Below are positions 12,807-25,900 of a stretch of DNA of 32,000 nucleotides, in pieces. The position numbers and the translations under genes are program-made. This stretch comes from Wallemia ichthyophaga EXF-994 (lineage: Eukaryota > Fungi > Basidiomycota), in the NCBI RefSeq assembly GCF_000400465.1, contig NW_008806285.1:30001-62000 (forward strand), read 5' to 3'. Within the stretch, counting starts at the first letter, position 1, and each line of letters opens with the position of its first letter. The notes under the pieces were generated by a model. The model made no database searches and had not been told where the DNA came from. It saw nothing but the letters and a program-made list of their open reading frames with translations.

Positions 12807-12838
12807 GTTGAAGCGGTTGAAGCGGTTGAAGCGGTTGA
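12807..12838. repeat. Tandem repeat, about 3.5 copies of the 9-mer GTTGAAGCG
   Basis: Read directly: gttgaagcg gttgaagcg gttgaagcg gttga; lies 13 nt upstream of the thioesterase ATG on the minus strand. Confidence 0.95.
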
Positions 12839-13305
12839 GGGTGATGGCCGTAAATGACTCAAAGGAACATGTGGAGGTTGATAGCCGGTAATAACACTCG
12901 CATTGATAACCAATAGGCTGCGGAGTTGCACGATCGTATAAAGTCATAGGTACGTTCCCAAGACGCGTAGACACCCAGAAATGAAGTGACATTCTGTCAA
13001 GCGTGACATAATGAGGCATATGAGCAGTAATCAAGACAAATAAGGCAATTGGGCCAGGTGCCATGTCCACATATTGAATCAGCTGACGCCATGCATGGAA
13101 TTGACGTTGCGCACCCGCTTTGGAGGCAGTCGGCAAACGAAGCGGATGCAGGTACTAAATAAACTGCGCCAGAAAAGCTGCTTCTTCTTAGACCACCAAT
13201 TTTAAAATAATTTTGTCTGATCGAATTCCGCACTTAGTCAGGATCCCAAGCGCACGCGGCAAAGCCAGACAACACGACTTGAATTTAACGACCACATCGC
13301 AAAAT

Positions 13306-16300
13306 ATGGAAATAGCAGTTGGGATTGCGGTACATGACTTTGAGCCTTCAGAACGAGATCCATCGATACTTAGCTTCAGTAAGAATGATATCGTGCACAT
13401 ACTCAATAAGGATGCTTCCGGTTGGTGGGATTGCCAAGTCAACGGTATTAGAGGCTGGCTGCCTATGAATTACGTGACAGAGGATATCGTACGTGCTTAT
13501 ATCCCCTCTCCACTTTATACTCACATTGATACCACAGGACGCTTTCTACGGCAACAGCGAAGATGATCTCGAGACTCGTGATGCTGACAAGAAGGATCAT
13601 CTCAAAATCTCAGACGATAATCTCAACGACGACTTTCCCCACGACGATCTTAATCCGCAGTCACAGCCCAAGGATTCTCCAATTGCAGCCGTGCGGAATG
13701 CTTTGACTTTGGTGAAATCTGCTGTTATATCTAGTCACCTGTCACACCTTCAGCCAGCTACAGCTTGTGTTATATCCTCGGTTAGATCCCTTCTCGCATC
13801 CGCAGACGCTTTGAACAAGGACTCGCATAGCAACAAGATTAGCGCGTCTATCGCAGAAAACAGACGAAATCTACTGTCTCTGCTATCCAGGTTCGTCGTT
13901 CAAAGCAGATTGGTTATGAAAGAAGCTTTGCAAACCTCCAATAAGGTTTTGCTAAGCGAGGATCTCGAGGAGGTTATTCCGATGGCCGATCAAGTTTTCG
14001 TCTTGGCTGAGAATTTCGCAAATCTCTGCAAGTCGCATGGTATTAGTCTAGGCGAAGATTTCACCCCTTATTCTTCTCCGCATACATCTCAATTGCCTCA
14101 TCATGAAACCAAGTGTCAAACTGAAAACGACATCCAAATTTCAGCTATACAAAGACAATCATCTGGAATATCCAGAATGACTTCCTTTGACTCTTTCAAG
14201 AGCTCCGCAGCTCAATCCGGCGCCTCTTCAGCCGTATCTCTCGTTTTCAATACCCGTGATGCGGGTGATTATTTGACCGAGGATAATATCAAACATGAAT
14301 CCTCCGCGGATCAAACTTTTGACAAACTTCTTTACGTTATCAATGAGGCTCTCAAGTCAACTATCGCAGCAACCCTCGGACATTTACACGCCATGCCCAG
14401 TCAAAATCATGCGTCATCTAGTATCCATTTGATCGACCTACTCAAGGAGACGATAGCAATAGTAAAGCGTCTTCTGACGGTTTTACAATCAATTCAACAG
14501 AATGGTCCGCTGAATACCATCGTTCCTAGGGACGGTTCTATGTTGGATGAAACAATTAGAGACACATACCTTTCCACTGATGATTTGGTAGCAGCAGCGG
14601 AGTCTTTACTATTTAATCAACCTCAAACGACATTGATAGATAGTACGCACGAGTCAAAGAGACACCACTTACTCTCGTGTATAATGCAAATTTACAAGAT
14701 AACAACGGAAGCGTATGAGATATCTTCGAGAATGATTGAGTACGCATCAAGGGCATCTATACCATTAAAATTGAACGTAAACATGCCAAACCGCACATCT
14801 AAGACTAGTCTACAAGACATAACAAATAATGATTTCAACAAGACGTTATCACAGCAAGACACGCTGCCACAAACAGTTACAGAAGCTAGTCAAAAAGAGC
14901 TTAAGAGACGGCACAGAAGACAACAGACGTTGTCAATGTTTGATAGAAGGACTGCCAGTCTTACGAATCTCCAAGATCAATTCCAATATGACAACAGTGG
15001 CAAGGAAGAGGGTAAAGAAATATTAACGACACCCACACTCCAAGATACCTTCGATCATGATAATGAAAATGACCGACCAGAGAGCAGTGCATCACATGAT
15101 ACGACTATCTGCGCACCATATATCACTTTCACAAGTACAGAAAATATTGGCACACCAACACAGGTTGAGAACATGAAGAATATATCTCCAACTTCAGGCA
15201 CATTCACAGAACAAAGCTCATCACCACAGTGGAATAATTGGGGAAATTCAAATGTGCTGAATTTGCCCACAGGCAGTCCAGAAGCGAGCAAATCATCCAC
15301 AACGCCCGAATCGCCTGTCGGTATTGCATTACCGTTGAGCACTCCGGACGTTGCAAAGGGACATGCCGTTGGTGGCAAGATGCCTAGTTTATCAAACGCA
15401 CCTGGTAGTTTTGATTTATCCGCTCTCAGACCTAGACCGCGAGCTAGAGCTGCGACTGTTGGGACAGCCGATATTAGTCAAAATCGCTATGATGAGAAGG
15501 AAAATTCTGCAGATTCGCCAGCATTGAAGTTGTCGTTCAGTGGTACGAATCCAAGTATTAGTAATACACAAAGAGATGATCTATCGGCAGCTTCGTTGAC
15601 ATCAGGATCTGAAGCCAACGGATCTATCGCGTCGACGAGAAGCAACACGGACGATGGTTTTGGTAAGGCTGGCACGTCTACACCCGCTACTGTTCACAGC
15701 TGGGTTTTGGATGAAAAAGGCTCGATTCGCGACAAGCCCAAGTTTGATATCGGTATTGAGACGGACAGTGACGGTGAAGATGTTGATAACTTGCCTCCAT
15801 TGCCGCTAAAGCAATACAGCGGGCGTCAACGCCAGAGAGCACTCACGACATCAGCGGCTCAGCCTTCCTCGCATCGTGGTTTGCAATCGACCGTCAACTT
15901 TGGGAAATATGATATAGTCAGAGGCGGTATGAATAACAAAATCATGGGCGCAACATTACCATCACTCGTGGCAACACTCACACCACACGATGTGACGCTC
16001 GACATCAATATTTTAGAAACATTCATGATGACATTTAGGCTATTTACGACACCGATCCAATTCGCAATTGAGCTTAAAAGTCGATTCGAAAATGCCGATG
16101 ATATTGAAAATAACAGTATCAGCAATACGATCAGACTGGGAGTGTATAATCTAGCCAAATTGTGGCTTGAAGTACATTGGGTCGATCGAGAAGACTACAA
16201 TGCACTTGAGACTATAGAGGATTTGGGTGTGAATTCCAACACTATGAACACATATACCGCATCGACTGATGTCTTATTGAATCTCATTGATAGACGTCGC

Positions 16301-17566
16301 TTCGAGCATGAGCATCCAGAGTCGATGAATCACAACAACAGCTCGTACAATTCAATAAGCAATAAGACAAAGTCTAAAAGACATGATGGACAGCATTCGC
16401 TCAAGATGTTTAAGAATCTGCAATTTTCAGAGACTAGCTCGGTTATGATGAACAGATATAGCAGGAGTTCAATAGGTAGTTCGATGGATCAGATACCAGT
16501 ACCACAAATCGGCAAGACACTTTTAAATCACTTAAAGTCGCCTCAAGGGTTGACGTCAGCTCCACTACCTACGGACTTCGAGCCAATTGAAATGGCGAGG
16601 CAGTTGACAATAATGGAGAGCAGGTTGTATCAGTGCGTTACTGTCTCAGAATTACTTAGTGTCAATGAAGGCGGAAGCAATAAAAAAGGCGTAGATGCGA
16701 ATGACGTCAGACCGGCTCTAAAGGCTATGAGTGAATTCACCACCCGCGTTACAGCTTGGGTGAGCGAATCCATCCTTAGAGAGGGCGAAGCTAGAAAAAG
16801 AGTACCTCCGATCAAGTTTTGGATCAAGGTGTGCAAGGTGGGTAGGATAAAATTTGTCGAGCTGTCTGACACGATTACCAGCATTCACTTTCGCTGAACA
16901 ACTACGGACTACTTATTGCGATTGTTTGTGGCTTGACGACATCGACAATCAGTAGACTCAAGCGGACTTGGGAGGTGTGTGAGAGTGTTACAGAAATAGC
17001 ACATGCTAATATCATCATTTAGCTCGTACCCGTAAAACATCGCAATCTGCTAAACAACCTCAACACAATGGCTGCATGTGATAGGAACTATGCAGTATAC
17101 AGAGCCAAATTACGTTCAGCTCAATTACCCGCATTACCATATGTCGGGCTGTTCCTGTCAGATCTTACATTTGTGCACGTTGGTAACAAACCAACGAGAC
17201 CATCATCGATAGATGGCAGAAGACAGGTGATCAATTTTGACAAGTATGAGAAGCTCAAGAACATTATTCAAGGTGTGTTGAATAATATACCAAGTATCAG
17301 TATTAACCAGATTATTAGATTTTATGAGATTTCAAGAGCCTTTCAGGTTGACAGAAGTGCCCGAGTTCCAAACATACCTGCATAGAGCATTGACACATGT
17401 GGAAGCCAGCAACGAATCAGCACAAGATTTGTATAATAGAAGCTGTGTGCTTGAACCAAAGAACTCGAGCGTGTCAATGCAGAAAGTGAAGAGCAATACA
17501 TCGATAGATTCTCTGAGACATTCAGTAGATCGCAGGGAGTTATTTGGATGGACAAAAAGACATTAA
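13306..17566 (+). CDS. SH3-domain Ras guanine-nucleotide exchange factor (Cdc25/Ste6/Sql2-like); introns 13489..13537, 16838..16881, 16975..17022, 17273..17318
   Basis: N-terminal SH3 (AVHDFEP..LSFSKNDIVHILNKDASGWWD..RGWLPMNYV), REM/RasGEF_N (GATLPSLVATLT..FMMTFRLFTTP), and a CDC25 catalytic domain (EMARQLTIME, SRLKRTWE, PALPYVGLFLSDLTFVHVGN, INFDKY, SCVLEP). The specific paralogue cannot be determined by eye. Confidence 0.9.
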
Positions 17567-17921
17567 AAAAGACATACAGTAACGACACAATTTAGAAAGG
17601 AGACATTGGAATACGATATAAATATTCCTGTACAATGACAATGCAAATGTATAATTAAATATTGAATGAAATGATTAAGAATGTGATTGATAATAAAGCT
17701 GATAAATTGTTAATAAGCATTTAAAAGTTTGTAGAATATTCGCCATCGCCATGTTTCGCCTGATCATTTTAGGAATAACAAATTGCCACAACTGAACCCA
17801 TAATTGAGGCGGTTGCTTTGGTTATCCAAGAGCCGCCACGATTTTTAGAAATTTATTTAGAGCGTCTAGAGTAGCTTTATCCTCAATACCAACATTCAAT
17901 TTTACAGCCACAACGAATATT

Positions 17922-18957
17922 ATGTCAGAGAGAGTACACAACAGAGTAGTGAGTTGTGTAGATGATAGTCACAGCAAATAGCTCATACATGCCATAGGTT
18001 ATCATTGGATCAGGTCCAGCTGGTCACACAGCAGCAGTTTACCTCGCTAGAGCAGAAATGTCACCTGTCATGTTCGAAGGAATGCTTGCGAACGGTGTGG
18101 CTCCAGGTGGTCAACTCACAACGACAACCGATGTCGAGAACTATCCAGGTTTCCCAGACGGTATTAGAGGTCCTGAGATGATGGACAAGTTTAGAGCCCA
18201 GTCTGAGAGATTCGGTACTCAGATCCACACTGAGACCATCTCCAAAGTTGATTTATCCAACAGACCTTTCAAATATTGGAGAGAGGGTTATGAGGAAGAT
18301 GGAGAAGCGTTTGAGTTGGCTGACTCTCTCATTTTAGCCACAGGTGCATCTGCCAAGCGTTTGTTCATACCTGGTGAAGAAACATATTGGCAGTCAGGTA
18401 TTTCTGCATGTGCAGTTTGCGATGGTGCAGCACCAATTTTCAGAAACAAATCTTTGGCAGTCATTGGTGGTGGTGACTCCGCAGCAGAAGAAGCTACATA
18501 CCTCACCAAATACGCTTCACATGTTCACGTCTTAGTACGCAAGTCTGAATTAAGAGCTTCAAAGATCATGGCTGCAAGATTACTCAAGCATCCTAAGGTT
18601 ACGGTTCACTGGAACACAGTCGCAACTGAAGCACTTGGTGATGGCGATTTATTGCAAGGTCTCGGCCTCAAAAACACTCAATCTGGTGAAACTAGCAAGT
18701 TGGACGTGAATGGTCTGTTCTACGCTATCGGTCACGAACCTGCCACCGAACTTGTTAGATCTCAAGTAGATACTGATAACGACGGATATGTTAAGACTGT
18801 GCCAGGTACCACCCAAACTAACATCAAGGGTATCTTCGCTGCCGGTGACGTTCAAGATAAAAAATACAGACAGGCTGTCACATCAGCTGGTTCAGGTTGT
18901 ATGGCAGCTTTGGAGTGTGAAAGACTTCTTGCAGAGGAAGAAGTTGAGGAATCATAA
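17922..18957 (+). CDS. TRR1: Low-molecular-weight NADPH thioredoxin reductase; join(17922..17948,17998..18957)
   Basis: [14 protein letters not shown] (FAD site, completed by splicing out 17949..17997), [17 protein letters not shown], the ACAVCDG redox Cxx[12 protein letters not shown], and FAAGDVQD. Confidence 0.97.
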
Positions 18958-19305
18958 AAATCATTATAGAACTCTTCTTCATATATTAATATCTAGTTCA
19001 TTCATGCTTTATGTAAATGAAAATTGATCAAAATGTTCAAGTAATTTGTTATCAATGTTTATGTATGATCGTGTATACAAGCAAGTGAGGAGTAATGTAT
19101 CCAAGTGTCCGTTTGGGTATTGCTGTGACACTGAATATACGTATATTGATTGAATGATTGTCAAGAATGACTTTAAATTTGATATTTTTTGGTATGCTCT
19201 TCTTTTAAAATGAATGAAATGAGACTGAATCGAGTGAATTTAATTGAATGACCACCTTGTTTGGTATCCGCTATTTGTTTGAAAATGCAATAATTTTGTT
19301 ATCTC

Positions 19306-21193
19306 TTAAGCACCGAAGCTTTGACCTACACCGACACTCTCACTCAAGTTGGATTCACCGACGTATGTAAAACCTTGGAATTGTCCTTGTACAGTTTGTG
19401 ATAAATGGCTGTCCTCAACTACACTATCTTGAGGTGCTTCAGATGTGAATTCTTCATCAAAGTTGCTGGTATCAATTGCAGATGCAACAGCAGGCTTGAA
19501 TGGTGGCTGAATTTTCTTTGATGACAATCTCTTCCATTCAATATTGTTAACGAAGAATGGATGATCTTTGATTTCTTGGGCACCATTGTATCCTAATCTA
19601 GCAGATGGGTTACGATGTAACAATCTCGACAAAATATCTTTCGCATCTGGACTAAACTCGTCACCAAATCTGAGTGGATCTTGAAGAATCTTTCTATACA
19701 TTTCGTTGGTATTTTCATCGTAAAATGGTGGTAGACCTGACAACATTTCATAAAGCAAAACGCCGAGTGTCCACCAATCAACTGATTTAGTATATCCCTT
19801 ATTCAAAAGTAATTCCGGAGCGAGGTATTCAGGTGTACCGCAGAAGGTGTTAGTTGTCTCGTTTTCTGTCATGTTCAATTTACACAGACCAAAATCACAC
19901 AACGCGATGTGTCCTGTGTAATCCAACAAGATATTTTCGGGTTTGAGATCTCTGTAGACGACATTGAAGCCGTGCAAGTGCTCCAGTGCCAACAACAATT
20001 CAGCTGTATAGAATCTCGACCTAGCCTCGTTGAATCGGCCTTCACGTTGCAAATGGTGGAACAGTTCGCCACCGTTGACAAATGCAAGAACGAGATAAAG
20101 CTTTTCAGTTGATTGGAAACTGAATTTCAAAGGTACGATAAATGGGTTATTGACTTGAGCGAGAACAGTTCTTTCTGCTAGAGTGTGTGTAACTTCGGAT
20201 CGATTGACAATATGTGCTTTGCGGATCGTTTTCAATGCATATATACGCGAAGTGTCTCTCTTTCTTACTTGCATCACTTTGCCGAATGATCCTTTACCGA
20301 TAACCTTGAGTAGATCGAAGTCCTCGATTGTCAGTGATGAGGCTCTTGCTTGGAATGAGACTTGAATAAGCATGTGACCAGAGCCACCTGCCACAGGATA
20401 CCAAGATTCTGTTGCGCGCTTGAGTAGAGTTAGAAAGGTGACTACTGTAATAAATTACCTACGTTTGACTCAAAATCTGGAATGAATTTAACAGCACCCA
20501 AAAAGAGATCAGAGTTGCCCATATCATTTAATCCAGTGGCATTTTGACCAGGTAGATTGCTTGATCCGGTTCTTAGGTAGGTAGATATAGCTATCTCGCT
20601 AGCTCTCGAAACATCACTTGAGATTTATGTAAACAACGAGCATATCTGCTGATAGGATACTCACAAATGAGCCTTGTACATCCAAACAGGCTGGTCGAGT
20701 CTACCACCGAGCGCATCAACAAGAATTTCATTCTTATCGAATTCCATAACGATATAAGGGAGCCACCAGCACTGTTTGCGTTGCATGCTGTCCCTGTTGT
20801 TGGAGCTGTAAGAGGACTGACGTGCGTGGTTGACAGATGTGGAGGTGACGCTTGCGGCAGCAGCAGCAGCCTGTGTGGCTAAAGCTTTCTCAATTTGTTG
20901 CGGAAGTGACTGACCCGGCAATTCCAAATCGCGGGCTTCGACGACTCTGATGGTAAGGACACCTGAACGATGAATAGGAGCGCCAGAAGCGGTAGAAACG
21001 GAGGTACCGTTAGTGGAAGGAGAAGAGGAGATTACAGGGGAAGCTGTGGAAGTCTGTCTAGATTGAGTGGATAGATTTGAGGAAGATGACTTTGAGCTGA
21101 GTGGGTTAGCTTCTTTGAGTTCTTTCAAGTGTTAGCTGATTGTATAATAACATATGGTGACGCACTTCTGCCTAATTTCCATGTACTTGACAT
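19306..21193 (-). CDS. YPK1: AGC Ser/Thr kinase of the Ypk1/Gad8 type; introns 21122..21165, 20617..20664, 20419..20462
   Basis: MSSTWKLGRKLKE start, C2-like region (LTIRVVEARDL..PYIVMEFDKNEILVDAL), kinase GKGSFGKV/YRDLKPEN/DFG, activation loop NTFCGTPEYLAPE, and hydrophobic motif FQGFTY. Confidence 0.95.
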
Positions 21194-21512
21194 AGCGTCT
21201 TAATGTTTGAATCAAAGGAATATTCATCTCGAGGTTTGTAAAAACTAAAGCTGAAAATTGATTTTATTGTTGCAATATATTGTAGAATGCTTGAAATATA
21301 GAAATCGTATTCCATTTAGCGTAAATTTCATTTCCACTCGCTTACACCTTCGATTACGTTGGGTACCTCAGGGACAATATTCTAAATACTTCCTGATATA
21401 CCCATCTAGCACGCTCGTTTATAATTATGGTCTCGGTTTTCCATTCCTTTAGGCCTTCCTTCCGTGAAGACAAATGCAACACAGCCAATAACCCACCCAG
21501 TACAAAGCCTTC

Positions 21513-22717
21513 ATGACATTACCAAATCACAATGAGACCTTAGGTGTATGTTCAAGACTAGCTGATGAGCTTGTGAATTCAATTATCGGTTTTGATTTCA
21601 ATACCGACGACTTGACAATATCACAGAATCAATTACCCCAGGAACTTGACATTAGACTGTCCAGCGCACCAAATACAACAACCACGCGTAGAATTTTCAC
21701 TCCATTAAAGAGTACACGTCGGAGGAAGACACCAAGCTCACTCAAACGTTATGATCGCGGGTGGTGTGCGTACTGGAAAGGCAAGTCTGTTTAAATTAAA
21801 CCTAGACACTTTTTATCTCAATCAAGCTGCTAGTATCACTCAGCGCACCGAGGTCACATCTCATTCACTCTGAAACATCAACCCCAACATCTATTCTATT
21901 CGATCAATTTGGACGACGGGGAGAATTCGTTTGAACTTATGATACTAAGTTTGAATGACACAACTGAATTAGATTATGGTGTTGATGGAAATGCTAGTAA
22001 GGATGTTGACACAATACTAAAACATGCCGTACATCTCTACACTCAAATACTATATCAAGAGTTGAGAGATTTCAGCTGTAATAGCACGAAATCGCTTGAC
22101 ATGCACATTCATGTTTGTAGCTAGATGATTGAACCAGCCAAGTTGCTTACTGCCAGTAATGGTTTATTGGCGCTACAGCAGCATGTATTACCAATTATGT
22201 TACGCCTAGCTACATGTATAAATGTCTTACCTGTCACTGCACGCGCTGACAGTCTCACCGATCGTCAGAGATACTTGGATTCAGCGAGAGAATATCTACA
22301 CCAGAATCTAATACTCATAGAATGATTTCCATTTAGAGAATTTCAATATAGTCAACCGAGTTGATCAAGATTCGTCAAAGTCACTTCGTCCACTCCATCT
22401 GTACCTTACGACGATACTTCGACTTCAGTTCACCTCGATCCAGCTCCATACGTTATTGTTATACCAGAACCATTCGAGAGACCATTGAAAACTAGGAAGT
22501 ACAGATGGGGAACTGTGAATGTTTTTGATGATGAACAAACAGATTTCAACGCTTTGCATAATGTTTTATTTGGCGCTAATTCGGATGTTAGAGGCTTTAA
22601 CTTGAATATTACAACTAACAAGAATAACCGCAGTCTCTGAGAGCGCGCATTAGAGAAACACTTTCCGAAAGTTTCAGAAAGGAAACTCTCACAGATATTC
22701 AGCAAAAGAAAAGATAA
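21513..22717 (+). pseudogene. Disabled divergent septin-family GTPase gene
   Basis: Septin-like motifs occur in order across frames: NVMIAGGVRTGKAS (G1), ILSLNDTTELDY (G3-like), DMHIHVCS*MIEP, NVLPVTARADSLTD (G4), RKYRWGTVNVFDDEQTDFNALHNVL (septin unique element). In-frame stops at 21871, 22122, 22323 and 22362, two apparent frameshifts, and one intron remnant 22587..22633. Confidence 0.8.
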
Positions 22718-22921
22718 ACATTTATCAAATACAACTAATCAATTGGGACAAAATCAATTACTATCATTTCTATGTTGTAAACAGACTTGTTAGCCAAAAA
22801 TATCGGAAAAGTTTTCGAAGGTATGTATTTCCTACTGTTTTTCTTTTTTTTTTCTTATCGATGCATAATTTTGTTTATCAACATTAAAATACATGTAATG
22901 TAATTATAATAAATAAAGTTA

Positions 22922-25900
22922 TTACCACGACAACTTCTTATCAAACCCTTGCAAAATTTGATCTAAACCGTCTAACTCCTCAGTATCAATCTCATTCTGT
23001 GCTTTTTTATACAGCAGCCCGCAATCAAGATTGACACAAGGCACGTCTTGAGAGGGAAGCGTATGAGCGCATGATGCGCAAATTGTATGAAAATCTCTCA
23101 TCTTCGATTGAGTTCTATAGTTCCTACTAAGCAGCTTGTATACAGTATCACTGATATTTGAATCCGCTCTACAACTACTACAAATTGCTTCTTTTGAGGC
23201 TTCACCGCATGTTTCACACGTTCCACTTCGAACGTAATTGCCAATCACACCACCTCTCCGTGTATGTGTAAATGGTTTCCTAGCCTCCGCTTTGAATTTT
23301 CTAGACATTGTCGCATACCATGAGTGTACATCAGCGCCCATAAGGTTAAATATCCTCTCTAATGGTGGAATGAGCACTCTCTCTATGTAGTACTTCGCAT
23401 CTATTCGCAAATTGCCATTTCTAAGTATTTCCTCGGGTTTTACTGCTCTGTCTACTTGTCGATCAGAGCTGCCTTCAGTGATTACATAAGGTACTCTTTC
23501 ACCGTAATGAGCTGCTGCTCGTGGATCATCCGTCAGCGCTTTCGTTGCTACCATTACTCCAGGTATTGGAACGACATTGTTGGAGTATGTCCCTAGTCTT
23601 ACTTCCTTGGCAAATGTAAAGTCCTGAATAGAGACTCGGCCTTGGATGACCTTGTTGAATTGTCTCACGCAGTATTCCTTTACTTGTGATAGGTCTGATG
23701 TTTTATATAATACTCTGAGTGACGAGTGTTAGATATTCTCATGATCAATAATGCCACCCACTTTAAAGCTGCTTCCACCATCTTTGCCTGAGCAGGTACG
23801 CCATCTCGACGAACAGTCTCGATACCTTTGGCTTCAAATACGCCCACTGTATCTGACGATCGCTCAAACATGTTCCCAGTGTACCGCTTCTTTGCTAATA
23901 GGACTGACGGCAAATACATCTGGAACAGGTTTAGCAAACAACATGTTTAAACAACATGCTCACCTTCTCTAACTTTAACTTTATAGGTCGTGGATTAGAC
24001 TTTGTGACAGCCTCAGCAATAGCTGCGCCAGTTTCGAATGCCTCTTTCTGAGATTTACCTTTGAGTCTGACAAAGAGTGAATCAGTGTCGCCATAGACGA
24101 CATCAGCACCCCATTCCTCATTTCTTTCAATAAATTGAATAGCCTAAAACAATAACGTTATTTAAGCAGTAATGAAGCATCAACCGCCTACCCTTTCTAA
24201 TGTCTCCCTCCCAGTTTGGACAATCGAATCAGCTAGCTCTACACTTGGCATTCGACCACTATAACTGGCCGACGTATATCCGTATGTGACATTTGCCATG
24301 AGCTTAAGAGAGAGCTGCCTGGCATGTTGCAATTTCTTGAGATACTTTGGAAATAGTTAGGACTACTGATCATAACAACCGACGACCTACCTTGTCATCT
24401 CTGTTCTCTTGCATAGATTCTTTGATCATGATGCGCGTATCCAACAGTTCCGCCAGCATTTTTGATAGAAGTGACTTGCGCACGTGTGGCTTGACATACA
24501 TCAGCCCATTAGGTGCGACTGCTAGGTTGTTAGATAACAGTATTTCCAATGTTTCACTCACAATTTATATCATTTTTGAGGGCATCGAGTATTTTTGATG
24601 ACTCAGCATGATCGATGATCCCAAATTTATACTTGCTGTCATAAGGTTTCACACGTCCCAGGCAAGTTGAATAGCAGTAATTGTACGCAAGAATAATGGA
24701 AGGATATAAAGACTGAAAGTCAAGCACTATGACAGGATCTTTGTAGAACGCAGACTGGGGTTCCATGACCAAGGGCAAAGCTTCAGCAGCTTGTTGACTG
24801 CCCACTTGGTTTCTGGACGGCGAAATCAACACGTAGTTTTCGGGCTTAGCGATCCGGAACATTAATGCTTCGACTTTGAATTGCGAGCCACGCGATATGA
24901 CACTATAGAAATCTACACCGATCGTGCGAGCAAATTCACTGCTTTTATTAGGTATAGGACTGGTAGAAAGGGAGTCTACTCACGCTGTTTTTGTAATTAT
25001 CTCCATTGAGTCGAGTATATCACCAATTAATTTGACCCTTGATGTAAAGACATCTAGTACTCTAGCGAAGGAAGATGCATTTCCAGAAACCCACCACTGG
25101 CTCAGAGTTACTGGTTCATACTTTGGGACTCTGAATTGTGTAAGCTGGATATTAAAGTAAACCTTTCACCCACCTTCGCTTTAATAGACTATGAGTAACG
25201 TGCTCGAATGTCGTCTGTGGCAAACTCAATTCAGAGCGCGCCAGTCTCCAGACGTTAAAAACATGTCTACCTGGTGAGGTGAAGGTACTGGTTTTCATCT
25301 CAGCCCATCGTTCACCCCCATTAATATTCCGCATCGTCCTAGATTTGATTCTAGACGTCTCCTCACTCAATTCTAATCCAATTTCTATGCGTGTCCGCTC
25401 GACTAGGTATCCCCACGACCCCAGCTCCGTATCCCAGCCTGCGAGGATATCAGGATCAAAATGCTGCACTTTATCTATAAGGGTGAATATTAAATCCGCT
25501 TCGTTGATAGCAATTTCCATATCGTATCCGTCTAATTTGTATTTGGTTTCGCCTTCAACGACTATCATACCCCTTTCTACATCCTCATTCATGTCGTGGT
25601 AGGAAAAAAAAACAGCCTCGACTGGATTATACTCAGGATTAGACACTTTCGTGTTGTTGCTCCTCGCGAAAACCTCGACAACCATCATCGTAAGTTGGGT
25701 TTGAACGTCGTGCTCTCGCGGCTCATACTTTTTTCCTCCACTGGCCGTCGATGCATCTAAACCGTAAACTTGTCCCGAAGGCGGTCCTTCAATCTGCAGC
25801 AACGTTAGCTGGCAAAAGCAATGTATTAGTAACCAACCTGAGTATGAAAAACCTTCTGAGAACTGGCTTTCTTGCTTTTGTAATCAGCTACCACGCTGCG

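Noticed and set aside
12774-13305. ORF-track ORFs (120 aa and 78 aa, minus) and a possible small gene or ncRNA in the ~510-bp TES1/RasGEF spacer
   Set aside because: No recognisable protein motif, no convincing intron set, and no snRNA, snoRNA, tRNA, SRP or riboswitch signature seen. Best explained as a divergent promoter. An Infernal/Rfam search would settle it.
17820-17828. TGGTTATCC shared between the TRR1 and peroxiredoxin upstream regions
   Set aside because: A shared 9-mer between two several-hundred-bp regions is expected by chance.
18943-18972. Possible read-through peroxisomal signal after the TRR1 stop
   Set aside because: The extension would end in KSL, which does not fit PTS1, and TAA-A is a poor read-through context.
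21871-22364. Idea that the septin-like gene's TAG/TGA stops are repaired by A-to-I editing to Trp, or reflect an alternative genetic code
   Set aside because: Two frameshifts could not be repaired by editing, the TAG aligns with an expected Tyr, and neighbouring genes use the standard code. Possible rescue introns (GTAATA at 22078, GC-AG at 21781) do not restore the frame.
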